A program made the translations under genes and the position numbers. From an uncultured archaeon (GTDB lineage: Archaea; Nanobdellota; Nanobdellia; Pacearchaeales; GW2011-AR1), in assembly GCA_903831045.1 (NCBI GenBank), contig CAIKWG010000030.1, forward strand, positions 1 through 52,765: 52,765 bases of DNA, in the 5' to 3' direction. The notes under the pieces were generated by a model. It saw only the letters and a program-made list of their open reading frames with translations, ran no database searches and was not told where the DNA came from. Positions 51,129 through 52,765 of this stretch are shown here, piece after piece. Positions within the stretch are counted from its first letter, which is position 1. Each line of letters starts with the position of its first letter.

Positions 51129-52765
51129 TTAATATTCTATAATAACCTCTGTATTATTATTGTAAATATTTCCTCCTTTTGCTAGTGTAATATTTTCTGT
51201 AACATTTAATGTTCCCACAATATTTAAAGCATTTTGTGGAGTGATAGTATTAATACCAATTTTTCCTCCAAGTTGATAAATCACGGAATTATTCATGCTA
51301 TTTGTGTCATTCCACATTGAAATATAATTTGCACTTCCTTGTCCTCTTGTAGATGAAGGTATTGTTGTAGAATTATAATATCCATAACTATTTCCTATTC
51401 CATAATATAAACTGTCTGCATAGGTCTTATTGAATCCAGATTGTGTACTATTCCAAGTTTCAATTCCTATCGCTTTATACAATCCATTTGCAGAAGCTGT
51501 TGTTGAATAGCTTGATTTATCTGCACTCCAATTTCCGACATAGATTGCTAAATCTGCAATTTTAGAATAGTATGTAAAATTAGCTGTCCACAATGGATCT
51601 GTCTCAGCTGTTAGATAACTTCCTTTTCCTTGATATAATATATCAGCATATGTTTTATTCCAATTGAATAAACTTAGATATATAGAATAGTTTCCTGTCC
51701 ACATAGGATCTGTTTCTACAAATGTCCAATCTTTTATGAATCCGGTAGTATTCCAATCTTTAATCAATCCTGTTCCATTCAAAAGATTAGATGCTGCAGT
51801 TGTTTGATTATAATTCCAAGCTATTCCAGAATATAATGTATCTGCGTATGTCTTATTCCAATTGTCTCCATAATTAACAGGAGCATACAAAGTATCAGCA
51901 TAGGTTTTGTTAAATCCATTTGAAGTTGAATTCCAGTAGGCAAGAGTATTAGAGCTAATCGGATAATATAATGTGTCTGCTACGGCTTTAGTTGAATAGC
52001 TACTCTGATTAGCAGTCCACAGCGGGTCTGTCTCAGTTGTTAAAACAGCTTGGCTATTTGAATAAACTGTTCCATTTGCATAAATATTTCCTCCGAAATA
52101 ACCTTCATTCCATCTAAGAGAAGCAGAACCAATATCAAATTGATTATCAAAGTGATTTTCTGGTATTATTGATCCATTTATATTTAATGTAGAAACTTGC
52201 AATGAACTAATATTATACACATAAACACTTTGAGCATACAAATCTCCATTTCTAATACTTAAACCTCCAGATGTCCAACCATTATTAAAATTATATTCTC
52301 CAGTCCCATTATCTCCTGTTTTTTTTATGAAAGTTTGGTCAGCATAGCTAATTGCAGGAGTAGTCTGATTGTATGCCCATGTGTTATAAGTTGAATTATA
52401 AGTTGATTCCCATGCACTTCTATTAGCTGTGACATCTTGACTTATTAAATCATAGGTTGAATTATATGTTGAATTAATAAAATTTAAGTTATTTGTAAAA
52501 TTACTCATTGATGTATACCCTCTATTTCCTAGATTATCATTTAACTGAGATAGGTTTTGCAATGTTGTTGAATTATAATATCCATAACTATTTGATTTTA
52601 AATAAAAGTTTGATGTGTCAATTGTCCAATCTTTAATCAATCCTGTTCCATTTAAGATGTTTGTAGCTGCAGTTGTTTGATTATACGCCCAAGTATCATA
52701 GGTTGAATTATATGTTGAATTAATAAAATTTAAGTTATTTGTAAAATTACTCAATGAAGTATAAC
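51129..52765 (-). CDS. Fibre-like repeat glycoprotein, 5'-truncated by the window edge
   Basis: The frame stays open to the window end: upstream codons read YTSLSNFT, mirroring the internal YTSMSNFT. It shares NKTYADTLY, GLIKDW and SADKSSYSTTASANGLYKA repeats. It also has tail-fibre-like strings FDIGSASLRWNEGYF and NSVIYQLGGKIGINTITPQNALNIVG. Confidence 0.7.
   Translation of the reverse strand, partial: YTSLSNFTNNLNFINSTYNSTYDTWAYNQTTAATNILNGTGLIKDWTIDTSNFYLKSNSYGYYNSTTLQNLSQLNDNLGNRGYTSMSNFTNNLNFINSTYNSTYDLISQDVTANRSAWESTYNSTYNTWAYNQTTPAISYADQTFIKKTGDNGTGEYNFNNGWTSGGLSIRNGDLYAQSVYVYNISSLQVSTLNINGSIIPENHFDNQFDIGSASLRWNEGYFGGNIYANGTVYSNSQAVLTTETDPLWTANQSSYSTKAVADTLYYPISSNTLAYWNSTSNGFNKTYADTLYAPVNYGDNWNKTYADTLYSGIAWNYNQTTAASNLLNGTGLIKDWNTTGFIKDWTFVETDPMWTGNYSIYLSLFNWNKTYADILYQGKGSYLTAETDPLWTANFTYYSKIADLAIYVGNWSADKSSYSTTASANGLYKAIGIETWNSTQSGFNKTYADSLYYGIGNSYGYYNSTTIPSSTRGQGSANYISMWNDTNSMNNSVIYQLGGKIGINTITPQNALNIVGTLNVTENITLAKGGNIYNNNTEVIIEY

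Noticed and set aside
10862-51185. All other short ORF-track entries overlapping annotated genes antisense or out of frame: 10862..11104, 15913..16212, 16528..16869, 17566..17787, 19415..19615, 19856..20237, 22215..23121, 23370..23624, 24477..24773, 25548..25739, 26815..27048, 27250..27459, 29093..29902, 30379..30567, 30700..30957, 32800..33177, 35985..36257, 36362..36562, 36680..36904, 39332..39514, 42487..42699, 43434..43637, 44141..44329, 46200..46544, 47813..48654 and 50925..51185
   Set aside because: Each is nested within a longer ORF that has clear family motifs or a coherent architecture. Their own translations show no motifs and have shadow-ORF composition.
47611-52765. Diversity-generating retroelement targeting the surface or fibre genes
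   Set aside because: I recognised no reverse transcriptase ORF and no template/variable repeat pair with adenine-specific mismatches. The mismatches between repeat copies are few and are not restricted to A positions. A DGR outside the window cannot be excluded.
47611-52765. Integrated provirus, suggested by tail-fibre-like strings
   Set aside because: There are no capsid, portal, terminase or integrase genes and no att-like flanks in the visible part. Ribosomal protein S15 and RecJ-like genes follow directly. Sequence beyond 52765 would be needed to exclude a provirus fully.
1-52765. tRNA, rRNA or other structured RNA genes in intergenic regions
   Set aside because: All intergenic stretches are short (mostly under 120 nt) and as AT-rich as their surroundings. 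No GC-rich, cloverleaf-compatible segment was seen by eye. A covariance-model scan would be needed for certainty.

Overview
This is a gene-dense, visibly AT-rich archaeal chromosome segment (about one-third G+C by eye, not computed). The archaeal assignment rests on Orc1/Cdc6, both DNA polymerase D subunits, RadA, RPA, aEF-1beta, aIF2-alpha, Nop10, S15 and Hef. Split genes, small proteins, many apparently leaderless genes and very cysteine-rich secreted proteins suggest a small-genome DPANN-like lineage, but that is inference only. I found no rRNA, tRNA, CRISPR array, transposase or integrase.

About half the window is housekeeping: an orc1-DP1-DP2 replication island, tyrS, a DRG GTPase, an M16 peptidase, IMPDH, ndk, UDG, a RecJ-like DHH protein and others.

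Four things stand out:
- A complete type IV pilus-like locus at 20.9-35.3 kb. It has an ATPase, a platform protein, about ten prepilin-like genes and an A24 peptidase. A 1535-aa cysteine-rich protein with a beta-propeller and a prepilin-like N-terminus sits between the ATPase and platform genes.
- A tightly packed seven-gene micro-protein cassette directly after radA (39.2-41.0 kb). It holds three paralogues of an unknown family interleaved with two-Cys-pair mini-proteins.
- A minus-strand surface module at 47.6-52.8 kb. Two tail-fibre-like proteins saturated with N-glycosylation sequons carry long near-identical DNA repeats. Next to them is a single-pass surface protein with a cytoplasmic PRC barrel.
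- Several unusual housekeeping variants: an ArmA/RmtB-like rRNA methyltransferase, a split Hef, a Cmk fusion, and degenerate HIT, Nudix and S2P motifs.

The ORF track uses non-ATG starts, so I trimmed several N-termini to the ATG that fits the family. I also added four sub-threshold ORFs, including Nop10.
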